A program made the translations under genes and the position numbers. The notes below the pieces were generated by a model. It made no database searches. It worked only from the letters and a program-made list of their open reading frames with translations, and had not been told where the DNA came from. From NCBI GenBank assembly GCA_937951615.1, contig CALFBH010000004.1, positions 63,228 through 127,227 of the forward strand: DNA of 64,000 nucleotides, read 5' to 3'. Below are positions 51,067 through 60,004 of this stretch, one piece after another. The stretch is from an uncultured Saprospiraceae bacterium (GTDB lineage Bacteria > Bacteroidota > Bacteroidia > Chitinophagales > Saprospiraceae). Position 1 is the first letter of the stretch; every line of letters starts with the position of its first letter.

Positions 51067-51158
51067 AATTAATTTTGATGCTGAACGAGGCGCAAAGAAG
51101 GAGCTATGCCTTAGCATAGTGACTGATGCAGCAACGAAGTGCAGCGGCAAAATTAATA
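51067..51158. mobile_element. Palindromic MITE/REP-like element (CGAGGCG...CAACGAAG family), copy 1
   Basis: Terminal IR AATTTTG..GCTG / CAGC..CAAAATT; central CTATGC-ctta-GCATAG; the reverse complement resembles 56163-56320. Confidence 0.55.
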
Positions 51159-51338
51159 CATCAAATGCGGAAGTTATTTTTTTACTATTACCAATACCCA
51201 AATTTACAAAATAAAACAATATAAAGCCATGCTTGTTTGTCGGGGTGGTGTCATTCTCCAAAATTTTCTGGCTAAATTGACTGCTAAATGGCTATATTGG
51301 GAACACAGGTACAGGACAAATTTGTAGATGGGTTATTT

Positions 51339-51402
51339 TTCTCGCAAAGACGCAAAGCCGCAAAGTTTGTTTTCTCTTAAGTTTTCGCGCCTTAGCAAGA
51401 GA
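51339..51402. repeat. CGCAAAG tandem/inverted repeat element
   Basis: TCTCGCAAAGACGCAAAGCCGCAAAG...TTCGCGCCTTAGCAAGAGA. Confidence 0.55.
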
Positions 51403-51487
51403 TTTTTCACCAAACTTTATGCTGACACCCTGTGCACATTTATTCTGGTTTCTGACAAACTGTCCACAGATAACTAATACCAATTTT

Positions 51488-51892
51488 ATGACAACAGAAA
51501 TTATTTACGCCGGCGACTTGCATACAGATGCAAGGCATATTCGATCTGGCAATATCATTCAGACCGATGCACCAACTGACAATAATGGAAAAGGAGAAGC
51601 TTTTTCGCCGACCGACCTGGTAGCTGCGGCATTGGGTTCATGTGTGCTGACGATTATGGGCATTGCAGCCCGCAATCACAATATTGATATGACTGGCGCG
51701 ACGGCACAAGTCAATAAGGTGATGTTAGCCAATCCACGCCGTATTGGTAAGCTGGAAGTCATGATTCAGATGCCTGAAGGGAATTTTACGGAAAAGGAAA
51801 AGAAAATTCTGGACAAGGCAGCTCATGGCTGTCCGGTCAAACAGAGTTTGCATCCTGACTTGGAGGAAACGATTATTATTAAGTGGCAGTAG
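51488..51892 (+). CDS. OsmC/Ohr family protein
   Basis: TDAPTDNNGKGEAFSPTDL..LGSC; HGCPVKQSLHP. Confidence 0.9.
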   Translation: MTTEIIYAGDLHTDARHIRSGNIIQTDAPTDNNGKGEAFSPTDLVAAALGSCVLTIMGIAARNHNIDMTGATAQVNKVMLANPRRIGKLEVMIQMPEGNFTEKEKKILDKAAHGCPVKQSLHPDLEETIIIKWQ

Positions 51893-51987
51893 CAATATCA
51901 ATATCAATATCAGTATCAGTATCAGTAGCAGTGGCAGTTACAATAAGAAAAACTCGTACTGCCACTGTAACTGTAACTGATACTGCC
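51886..51987. repeat. CAGTAT/CAATAT hexamer inverted repeats between convergent genes
   Basis: (CAATAT)(CAGTAT)n...(ACTGTA)n. Confidence 0.65.
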
Positions 51988-53897
51988 TAGGTTTTCTTGA
52001 CTAGTACAGCTTTCACCCTATCATGCTTTTTCACTTTTTTGTAAAAGTCGTACATGTCCTGATAGCGGTTTGCTGGCAAATCGAAGTTTTTAACGCTAAA
52101 TTCTCGTTGATAGAACAGCTTATTGTCCTTCATTTCACAGGAAATCTTATAGCGTCCAAAATCCGTATCAATTTCAACGCCTTCTGGTATGCTTTCAGAA
52201 GCATACCCTTCTGGAAGTGCAATTTCTACCTCGTCTTTTTGTGTATAAGGATGCTGATTGATGATGCGTTGTTTGCGTTCTTTTTCCTTATCTGGCACAC
52301 GGGTAAACTGGTGAATAACATTTGGGCGAATAAAAAGGCGATTACCTTGTATCGTGGCTAGTTTGCTAACTTCAAGGTCATAATGGTACTCGCTAATCGG
52401 ACGGGTTTCATCTGTCTTAATTTCCTGATGAGTAACTGTAAGTGATGGCAATTCACTCAAGGATTCTTCCAGTTCTTCTTTAAGTTCTTTTGCCGAAAGG
52501 CTACTCCCCGCATAGCGATGCCACTCCTGAGAAGTACCTGTTTTTGTGCTGCGCACTTTCACTTCAGCTGTGCCTTCTTCATCTAGTGCAACTTCAATCT
52601 TGGCATGTCCTGTATTTTGTCCAGACTCGCTTTTTGGCGTATCTATCAACTGACCACCTTCGGGGGTAATGAGCAGGGCTTTGCGATTTGCCAAACTGCG
52701 ACCTACATGCCCTGGCGGATCGTAAGAACTGGTACATTCCAGCCAAGTCGGTTCGTCACCAGGTACGTATAGTATAACATGATTAAAACGGGAATCACTG
52801 TACGATGCTTCGATAGGTTCGGGTTTGCTGCTTGCTGCAATAAGTGCTGGATAAGCTTCCACACCAGCTTCCTGAAGCATGGATTTCATAAACCAGGTGA
52901 GGGCTTTGCAGTCGCCATATTTATTGCGCTCCACGTATTTGGCATCAAAACTCTGCCAGCCGCCGATGCCGAGTTGTACACTCACATAGCGGGTATTTTT
53001 TTGTAAATATTGGTATAATACGGCTATTTTTTCTTCATCCGTTTTGGCATCTGCAATCAGTGATTGCACTTTTTCTTTCATCGTTGCCGAAAGGACATCC
53101 TGCCCCTTATTCAATTTATAAATAAAATTGCCAAAGGACTTCCAGGTGGACATGTCTCCCTCATAGTCATCTACACTAAAAACAGTTGGCGCGACGCGCA
53201 AGAGCGGTAAAATTTCTCTATCGACCGGTGAATAATATTCTTCTTTTATTGGTTTTAAATTACGGGTTGTCCATTCATAAACCGTCATTCCGTCTTTCTC
53301 CGATTTTGCAGGCTTTGTATCAAAATTTGCCTTATGCCGCATATCCACTCCTTTCCCCAAGCTAATGCGATAGGCTGAATTCTGCACGGCTATGCCATAA
53401 TCAAATTGCGGCGACCAATCGGGATAGTTGCGAATCCCTTTGTATTCCAATTCGTATTCAAATGCTACGGTGTAGGGATAATTCGGATAATTGACTTCCA
53501 GAAATTTCACGCGGCTATCTTCATAAATAGAAAAATCGGACACTGCGCTGTAGTCTTTAATTTCTTCTTTATCTATTTTGCGAATTAATTTGCCATTCGC
53601 ATCATACAATTTGCCTGTAATTGCTTTGACCTGACAAAAGCTGTTATAATGAATCACCAGTCCATTCAGATAGGTTTGGTCATTCATAATCGTGATGACA
53701 CGTTTCTCCCACATGCTTGCCCGTGATGCAGATTTGACGGTATAATCAATCTGATAATCGCGCACTATAGCATCTGCTTCCATAAGGCTGGCAGGTATTG
53801 CTGCCACAGGATAAGCCATGCCTTTTTTTTGTGCTGTCGCTTCGCTCGCTAATAGTGCAAGCAGGCTGATGAGGATGACGTTGAGTATGTTTTTCAT
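51987..53897 (-). CDS. DUF3857 + transglutaminase-like protein (catalytic Cys present)
   Basis: RYVSVQLGIGGWQ, YGDCKAL, RFNHVI, WLECT; signal peptide from MKNILNV. Confidence 0.9.
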   Translation of the reverse strand: MKNILNVILISLLALLASEATAQKKGMAYPVAAIPASLMEADAIVRDYQIDYTVKSASRASMWEKRVITIMNDQTYLNGLVIHYNSFCQVKAITGKLYDANGKLIRKIDKEEIKDYSAVSDFSIYEDSRVKFLEVNYPNYPYTVAFEYELEYKGIRNYPDWSPQFDYGIAVQNSAYRISLGKGVDMRHKANFDTKPAKSEKDGMTVYEWTTRNLKPIKEEYYSPVDREILPLLRVAPTVFSVDDYEGDMSTWKSFGNFIYKLNKGQDVLSATMKEKVQSLIADAKTDEEKIAVLYQYLQKNTRYVSVQLGIGGWQSFDAKYVERNKYGDCKALTWFMKSMLQEAGVEAYPALIAASSKPEPIEASYSDSRFNHVILYVPGDEPTWLECTSSYDPPGHVGRSLANRKALLITPEGGQLIDTPKSESGQNTGHAKIEVALDEEGTAEVKVRSTKTGTSQEWHRYAGSSLSAKELKEELEESLSELPSLTVTHQEIKTDETRPISEYHYDLEVSKLATIQGNRLFIRPNVIHQFTRVPDKEKERKQRIINQHPYTQKDEVEIALPEGYASESIPEGVEIDTDFGRYKISCEMKDNKLFYQREFSVKNFDLPANRYQDMYDFYKKVKKHDRVKAVLVKKT

Positions 53898-53900
53898 TGT

Positions 53901-54026
53901 TGATTGAGTTGAATGAGAGAATGAGTAAATGAGTTGAATGAGAGAATGAGTTGATTCGGTGATTATTTGATTTTGCTTTGCAAAATCTCTTCTAATCACT
54001 CAATCAACTCAATAACCGAATCAACT
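53901..54026. repeat. GAATGAG-armed palindromic element with TTTTGCTTTGCAAAA core
   Basis: Core GATTTTGCTTTGCAAAATC at 53969-53987, flanked by GAATGAG/CTCAAT arms. Confidence 0.65.
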
Positions 54027-54029
54027 TAA

Positions 54030-56027
54030 TTACATTTTCTTCAGTACAATTTGTTCCCCTTCTTTGTCGAATATCTTATCAAAAAACTCTTTCAAGCCGT
54101 CATACTCTTCTGGCTGAAATACCGGTTTGTTCAATCTTTCTTCGGAACGAAGCTGAATACGCTTGTCTTTGACTTCCACCAGATACAAATAACTACCATC
54201 GCCATCTGGCAATTTAAGCTTGATACTTTCTGGTGTAGAGACGACCTCATAACCCTCGGGAATATCAAAATTGAGGATATATTTTTCGACATAAGGATAA
54301 GCAATATCCACCGGATAAGTCCGTTTTTTGAGACTGAATACCCGTTCTTCTGTTTGTTCCATCAAAAGCGGATTGATATAAATATTGTCTCCCGATTTAT
54401 CTACTGCATCAGTAACTGTCAGTGTCATTTTTTCTACAAAACGTTTTCCAGGTTTGTCTGCGTTTTGAAATTCAGCATCTTCTACTTCGAAATCATATAG
54501 ATTGCCCAGGCGGTTTTCGATATAATCTTCCTCCTTTTCGTTTTTGTAGCTTTTACGCTTATAGCGGGCGCGATAGCCATTATATACTCCAGTAAATTCA
54601 GCTTCCGATTCATCTCCGTCCAGTTTCAGGTTGATGTTCACCAATTCATCACTGGCTTGCGGAGGCAGCGTGACCCATGCAGGATTTTTGAGGTCTTCAT
54701 CCACTAATAAGCCTTCTTTATTTAAAGATTGTGGGTGGATCATATTCGGCGACAACTCCTTATCAATGGCATCTAATAGAAACTCTTTGCCATTTACTTT
54801 CGCCAACAAAATGATGTGGTCAAATTGCTGAATAATTGGGTAAATCTTCTGTAGCTTACCATTGTCCCGCGTACTCAGCAGTACAGGATAAACTTCGATA
54901 TCGGCTGCCTGCAAACAGGCCAACAGACTCAGATTGATTGCAGTACCGTTTCCTGATTTATTCTCAAAAGCAGTATTCAGATTTTTTTCTTCCATATACC
55001 TCCAGAAATTTCCATCCCAGGAGTAGCTGTCCCGAATAAAATTAAACAAAGCCTCCATTTGTTTTTCTTTATCCGTTATACCTGCGGTAACGAGTTTAGC
55101 TGCATTCAGTATTTTTTTGTGATTGGCTTTATATTTTATCTGACGCCCGCCACTTTCGGCTTTCATCCACCTTCTTATCAGGTCGGCCCAGTCTGTCATA
55201 AATTCATCTTTTGCCCCCGCCGAATAGGGCGGCGAAGGATAATCAATGCGCGCCAACTGAAACTGTATTCTACTTCTATAGTCATCCATTGTGGTAATAA
55301 AAGACTCTTCCTCCATAGCTGGCAGGTCTTTCAGTACAAATCGAAAAGTTGTTTCTGTAGCACTAACACCAAAAGAACGGGTATTCCGACTCTCTACTTC
55401 TTTAATATCGTAGGGTTTAGTGACTCTTGATACCTGGACATATTCCATGTGTTCGGGCAATGTAAAGCGGCATTCGCTCCACTTCACAGGGATATCGCTT
55501 TGAAAATACCAGGAATCAGGAATAGCCACAAAAGGAGAATTTTGACTGTATTTATATTCTATAATCGAACCAACCCGTACATCGGGAAAAGCAAATTTAC
55601 GCGTATAGTATCGTCCGCCGTCCTGTTTTTCATCGAATACATCTTCCTTGCGTACCTTAGAAACGCCATCCGGATTAATCGTCTGTGCCTCGAACTTAAA
55701 TATTTTTTCCTTCTTATGGTAAGACATTTTTACAGACGCATCTTTCGCGCCTTCTTCAGTCAGTATTTTTATACGTATATGGCGGGTATAAACAACTTCC
55801 AAATCGTCTGATGCTTCTCGTTTCACCAAGGTCGTGGTACCATAAGAACAAAGCACGACTTTATCGGCATCGGGGTCGAGTGTATAGCTGGTCATCGCAA
55901 GGTCGTCATCAGGGACGATACCCCAGATTAATGGTGGTGCTTGTGCTTCTAGTATTGGTGTAAAAGTAAGTTGAAAAAAAATGAATAGTAGGACTAATCG
56001 AAGTCCGTTTGTAAGGAATTTTCGCAT
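54030..56027 (-). CDS. DUF3857/DUF3858 transglutaminase-like protein (catalytic Cys absent)
   Basis: RIKILT.EG, GSIIEY.Y, WYFQSDIP, SGNGTAINL, LLSTRDNG, QFDHII. Confidence 0.88.
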   Translation of the reverse strand: MRKFLTNGLRLVLLFIFFQLTFTPILEAQAPPLIWGIVPDDDLAMTSYTLDPDADKVVLCSYGTTTLVKREASDDLEVVYTRHIRIKILTEEGAKDASVKMSYHKKEKIFKFEAQTINPDGVSKVRKEDVFDEKQDGGRYYTRKFAFPDVRVGSIIEYKYSQNSPFVAIPDSWYFQSDIPVKWSECRFTLPEHMEYVQVSRVTKPYDIKEVESRNTRSFGVSATETTFRFVLKDLPAMEEESFITTMDDYRSRIQFQLARIDYPSPPYSAGAKDEFMTDWADLIRRWMKAESGGRQIKYKANHKKILNAAKLVTAGITDKEKQMEALFNFIRDSYSWDGNFWRYMEEKNLNTAFENKSGNGTAINLSLLACLQAADIEVYPVLLSTRDNGKLQKIYPIIQQFDHIILLAKVNGKEFLLDAIDKELSPNMIHPQSLNKEGLLVDEDLKNPAWVTLPPQASDELVNINLKLDGDESEAEFTGVYNGYRARYKRKSYKNEKEEDYIENRLGNLYDFEVEDAEFQNADKPGKRFVEKMTLTVTDAVDKSGDNIYINPLLMEQTEERVFSLKKRTYPVDIAYPYVEKYILNFDIPEGYEVVSTPESIKLKLPDGDGSYLYLVEVKDKRIQLRSEERLNKPVFQPEEYDGLKEFFDKIFDKEGEQIVLKKM

Positions 56028-56162
56028 GATTTATGGCTTGTTGGACTTTGCGCAGGGTTTTCCAATTCTGAGCAAGTCTTTTTGGTTATGGCGTTATACG
56101 CACTGAAAAAATGTTTCGTTTTGGTGTTCAAATCCAAGTTTATGGAGATGAGATGCTGCATA

Positions 56163-56320
56163 GGAATGACGCAAAAATAAATTTACATTTTGACTCGTTC
56201 TTTTCCCCTCTTTCTTCGTTGCGAAAACCCTTACGTAGCTAGGCTATGTGCGGTTTTCACGCCTCGAAAGAGAAAAAAACAACTTCGTCAAAGAAAGTAA
56301 ATTTATTTATGCCTCATTCC
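56163..56320. mobile_element. Palindromic MITE/REP-like element, copy 2
   Basis: 24-bp terminal IR with 2 mismatches (56163-56186 / 56297-56320); internal CTTCGTTGC...TAGC..GGCTAT...CGCCTCG. Confidence 0.6.
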
Positions 56321-56482
56321 ATAGCAATTTTATAGTATATCTAAATATACCGCTAATATATCAAAAACAGCGGTAAATTGTTACCCCTTTTAACAGATTA
56401 ACAATACATTGAAATAAAAATTATAAAAAAAATATGAAAAACGAAACTATAAAGGTGAGTATCCCGTATATAACATAACGAG

Positions 56483-56528
56483 CAAAAAAAAATCCGCCGG
56501 AAGGTCCCAGTCTTCCGAACGGATTTTC
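56483..56528 (-). terminator. Intrinsic terminator of an ORF-less minus-strand region
   Basis: Minus strand: AAAATCCG-TT-CGGAAG-actgggac-CTTCCG-G-CGGATTTTTTTTT. Confidence 0.7.
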
Positions 56529-57286
56529 ACAGTGAGAAATACAAAGGTGTCTTTAACCGCTTGCTTGTTGTTTTTCTCTGGATGAGTTTAAATCCTTCTT
56601 GTTGATTTGTTTTAGCTTTTTAATTTCATTAAACTCAGTCGCGTTATTTGACCTCTCTGTGTTGTGTACAAGTGTTTTCTCTATATAAAAGTCGGCTGTA
56701 AGACAGCCTAAAAAATTCCTAAATAAAAGGTACTACCGACTAATCGGCAGCACCTTCCCCTAACCTAAAATGTGACAAGATTTGTGGGAGCGTGAGACGC
56801 TCCAACTATATTTTTCAATTCCTTTGAAATGAAAGCTATTTCTATTTTGTTTTCCTCCTCTTTCCTTTCTTCCACACTGCAATTTTACGGAGGTTTTTAA
56901 GTTTTAAAAATTTCATTTAAATTAAATTGTAGTTATTTTTAAAGTTAATTTAAATTCATTTTTTATCTTAAACTATTTATTTTCAGTGTTTTATGTAAAT
57001 TTATTTGTAGTCGATTTTTAATTAAAAATAAATTTAAACCAAAAATTTTATATTTTATATTTTCTTTCTTAATTTGTGGAGCATCCAAACTTCTTTGATT
57101 GCTTATTATGATTACAAATATAGGGGCTAATCTATTACAAAAAAAGGCACAGATTTCTTAAAATGTAGCCTTAAAAACAATAAAATAACAAATTTAATGC
57201 ATTTTCAATAAATTAATAATCAATCAATTAAAATAAAAATATCTAAAAAAAATGTAGTTATTTTCAACTCAAAAAATCATTCTTTT

Positions 57287-58726
57287 ATGCAAAAAACCAA
57301 ACTTATTCACTTGTTTAGAGCCTTAGAAACCGACGAATTGCGCGAATTTGCGAAGTTTTCAAAAAGTCCGTTTCACAATAAAAATGAGCGTGTTATTGCT
57401 TTATATCAATACTTAAGAAAGTATCAGGATGATCTATCTAGTCCAAAACTGAACAAAGAAACAGCCTTTAAAAAGTTATTTCCCAAAGGAGAAAAGTATG
57501 CTGACTGGAAAATGCGGGAACTCATGTCAGATTTATCTTTGCTGATAGAACAATATTTTGTGTGGAAAGAGGCTACACAAAAGGACACGCAGCAAATGTT
57601 ACTGATCAAATCACTCAGAAAAAGACAGAAGGCAGAAAAGTATTTTTTCAAAAATGCTCAAGACCTGCATAAAGCACTTAATGCTAAACCGCTAAAAGGT
57701 ACGGACTATTATTACGATCAGCTACAATTGAACCTCATGTTATATTATCATCCTCAGATTTCCAAATACTCTGGTAAGGATGATGCTAAAGAATACCTGA
57801 CAGGCATCATGGAAAACTTAGATTTTCATTATGCTACAGCAAAACTAAGGCATGGCTGCGAAACGGCTATATGGGAGCACTTTAAAGATGTATCCATTCC
57901 CTCTCCTATCCCTACTAATCTACTGGATGAATTATCGGCCGTTCAGAATGTAGACCATACCCTGCTGAATATCTATAGCATGATTGGCAGAATATTTAAA
58001 GAAAAAACTTACCATTTATATGAAAACATAAAGCTGCTGGCTTTAGCACATTTCCAACACCTCGACGGGGAAGAATCAGGCAGTCTTCTTACGCTCCTTA
58101 TTAATGCAGCTTCGGTTACGAATCAAGGGCGAAAAGAAATGTTATATTGGTACAGATATGGGCTAGCTCAAGACATCTTTTTGGAAAATGGTTCTATATC
58201 ACCAGATCACTTCAACAATATTGTATCGGTTGCTTCATCTCTTAAAGAGTATGAATGGACTAAAAACTTCATTAAGGAATATTATGTCCATCTACCACAA
58301 ATTGAAGATCGAACGGAAAATATCGCCCAGCTCTATAATGCACAACTCGCTTTTGCGCAAAAAGATTTTAGCGACACAGTATCTAGACTATATAGGCTTG
58401 AATTTGAAGACTTTTCTTACGGCATTCGCCATTACACTTTAATGATTCGAAGTCTTTACGAACTTCAGTCAGAGGACATCTTCGACAAATGCAATGCTTT
58501 TAATGTCTATATTTTTAGAAAAAATAAGAACAACATTATCAGCAGACATATTCTTGAATTTAATCGCAATTTCATTTCTATAGTTGAGCAACTAGCCCGA
58601 TCTCGGGGAATGTTTAAAATAGATGCGGATAAAATTAAAAATAAAATAGATAGTATGGATACGCTCAATATGCGTGAATGGCTGCTTGAAAAAGTATCGG
58701 AACTAAAAAAGCCCCATCGCGTATAA
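57287..58726 (+). CDS. Uncharacterised ~480-aa all-helical cytoplasmic protein, paralog 3
   Basis: N-terminal KLIHLFRALETDELREFAKFSKSPFHNK; KMRELMSDLSLLIEQYF; TPR-like LYNAQLAFAQKDF; ends EWLLEKV. Confidence 0.78.
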   Translation: MQKTKLIHLFRALETDELREFAKFSKSPFHNKNERVIALYQYLRKYQDDLSSPKLNKETAFKKLFPKGEKYADWKMRELMSDLSLLIEQYFVWKEATQKDTQQMLLIKSLRKRQKAEKYFFKNAQDLHKALNAKPLKGTDYYYDQLQLNLMLYYHPQISKYSGKDDAKEYLTGIMENLDFHYATAKLRHGCETAIWEHFKDVSIPSPIPTNLLDELSAVQNVDHTLLNIYSMIGRIFKEKTYHLYENIKLLALAHFQHLDGEESGSLLTLLINAASVTNQGRKEMLYWYRYGLAQDIFLENGSISPDHFNNIVSVASSLKEYEWTKNFIKEYYVHLPQIEDRTENIAQLYNAQLAFAQKDFSDTVSRLYRLEFEDFSYGIRHYTLMIRSLYELQSEDIFDKCNAFNVYIFRKNKNNIISRHILEFNRNFISIVEQLARSRGMFKIDADKIKNKIDSMDTLNMREWLLEKVSELKKPHRV

Positions 58727-58788
58727 TGCGACAGGACTTTTATTTATTAAATGACAGAACAGTTATCTTATTTGGATATGAAAATAAA

Positions 58789-59181
58789 TCAAGGTTTTAG
58801 GAATTCAAATCTATCCACTAATCTACCACCCTGTGTGATGACTAGGGCATAATCGTCTCCACTCACCAATTCTGGATAATCATCAAGATCAACATCTATT
58901 GTATCGCCTGGTGTATATTCTCTCATTGTTAAAACGACCTCATCCCCTCCTTTTAGTGGATAAGCGGATATTATAATCATATTGCTATCCATTCTTCTTT
59001 GTCCCAATTCAGTAAAACTGGCCATGACATCGTACTCACCTTCAAAGCTAAGCTGCGATATAACAACGACATAGCCTCCGGTTATTTCCTGTGGGCTGTA
59101 AATTTTTGCATTTGCGGTTACAGTAGTTGCACTAAGTGCAAATAATACGATACAAGTTAAGCTGATAAATAAATTTCTCAT
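58789..59181 (-). CDS. Small secreted beta-rich protein
   Basis: Signal peptide MRNLFISLTCIVLFALSATTVTA; C-terminal half resembles a T9SS-CTD/Ig-like fold (..GDDYALVITQGG). Confidence 0.7.
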   Translation of the reverse strand: MRNLFISLTCIVLFALSATTVTANAKIYSPQEITGGYVVVISQLSFEGEYDVMASFTELGQRRMDSNMIIISAYPLKGGDEVVLTMREYTPGDTIDVDLDDYPELVSGDDYALVITQGGRLVDRFEFLKP

Positions 59182-60004
59182 GATTTGTTAAGTTTCTTGC
59201 GTTTAAAAAAAGATTCAAAATTCCCTCAAATTTGAATCGATATCGCTCCCATACGATACCTGTTGGATTTCGAGGACGTTTTTACGGTAAATAATTGAAA
59301 ACCTAGTAGTTAACTATGCGCATAGTTCACCAAAAATCTGAATAATTTCCTAGGTAATTATCCAAATCCGTCAGTCTTCAGGAATACCGTATAATTAAAA
59401 TGAGTATTAAGAAAGAGTACCTGCTTCCCTTTGCAGGTCTTGCTTTAGTGGATAAAACTTAATATCTTGCCAACCAATTGAAGAAAGCAATCGTTAATTT
59501 TTTACCTAAAGCATTTCTTATTAATGGTCGCTAATTCGTTTGTTCGTTGATTTGTTATAAAGACAAATACAACGCTTCTTTTTGGACACTTTTAATGAAA
59601 AAATTGAAAACTCTTTTATTAAAAAAGTGAACAATTTTCCTCCACACCTCTCATAAATAGCTGACATTAAATCTCTTAAGTAGGAATTTTTTTCTACTAA
59701 AAACTTGTAATTTTTAGTTGTTATTTTCAATATGCGTTTTACAAATATTAAAAATAACAGATTAAGACTAGTGTTTTGTTAAGCTTATAAGCTGATGATT
59801 GCCATCAGATACTTATGACCTGCAAGACTTAGTTTTTTATTTTTTTTACAAAAAGTGTCCGAATATGATTTGCCGGACAGTCTATAGTAGCAAACGTTCC
59901 TGATATCCACAATATCAAATAGTCGATTTCGCCCCCTAGTTTTGATTTACTACAAACGAAAGAAAACCGATTCAATATTTCGATGACAAAACAGGGAACG
60001 CAAA

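Noticed and set aside
59200..60000. 69-aa ORF at 59521-59730 and palindromes (AACTATGCGCATAGTT at 59311-59326)
   Set aside because: AT-rich divergent promoter region. The ORF lacks coding features, and single palindromes are not enough to call an operator.
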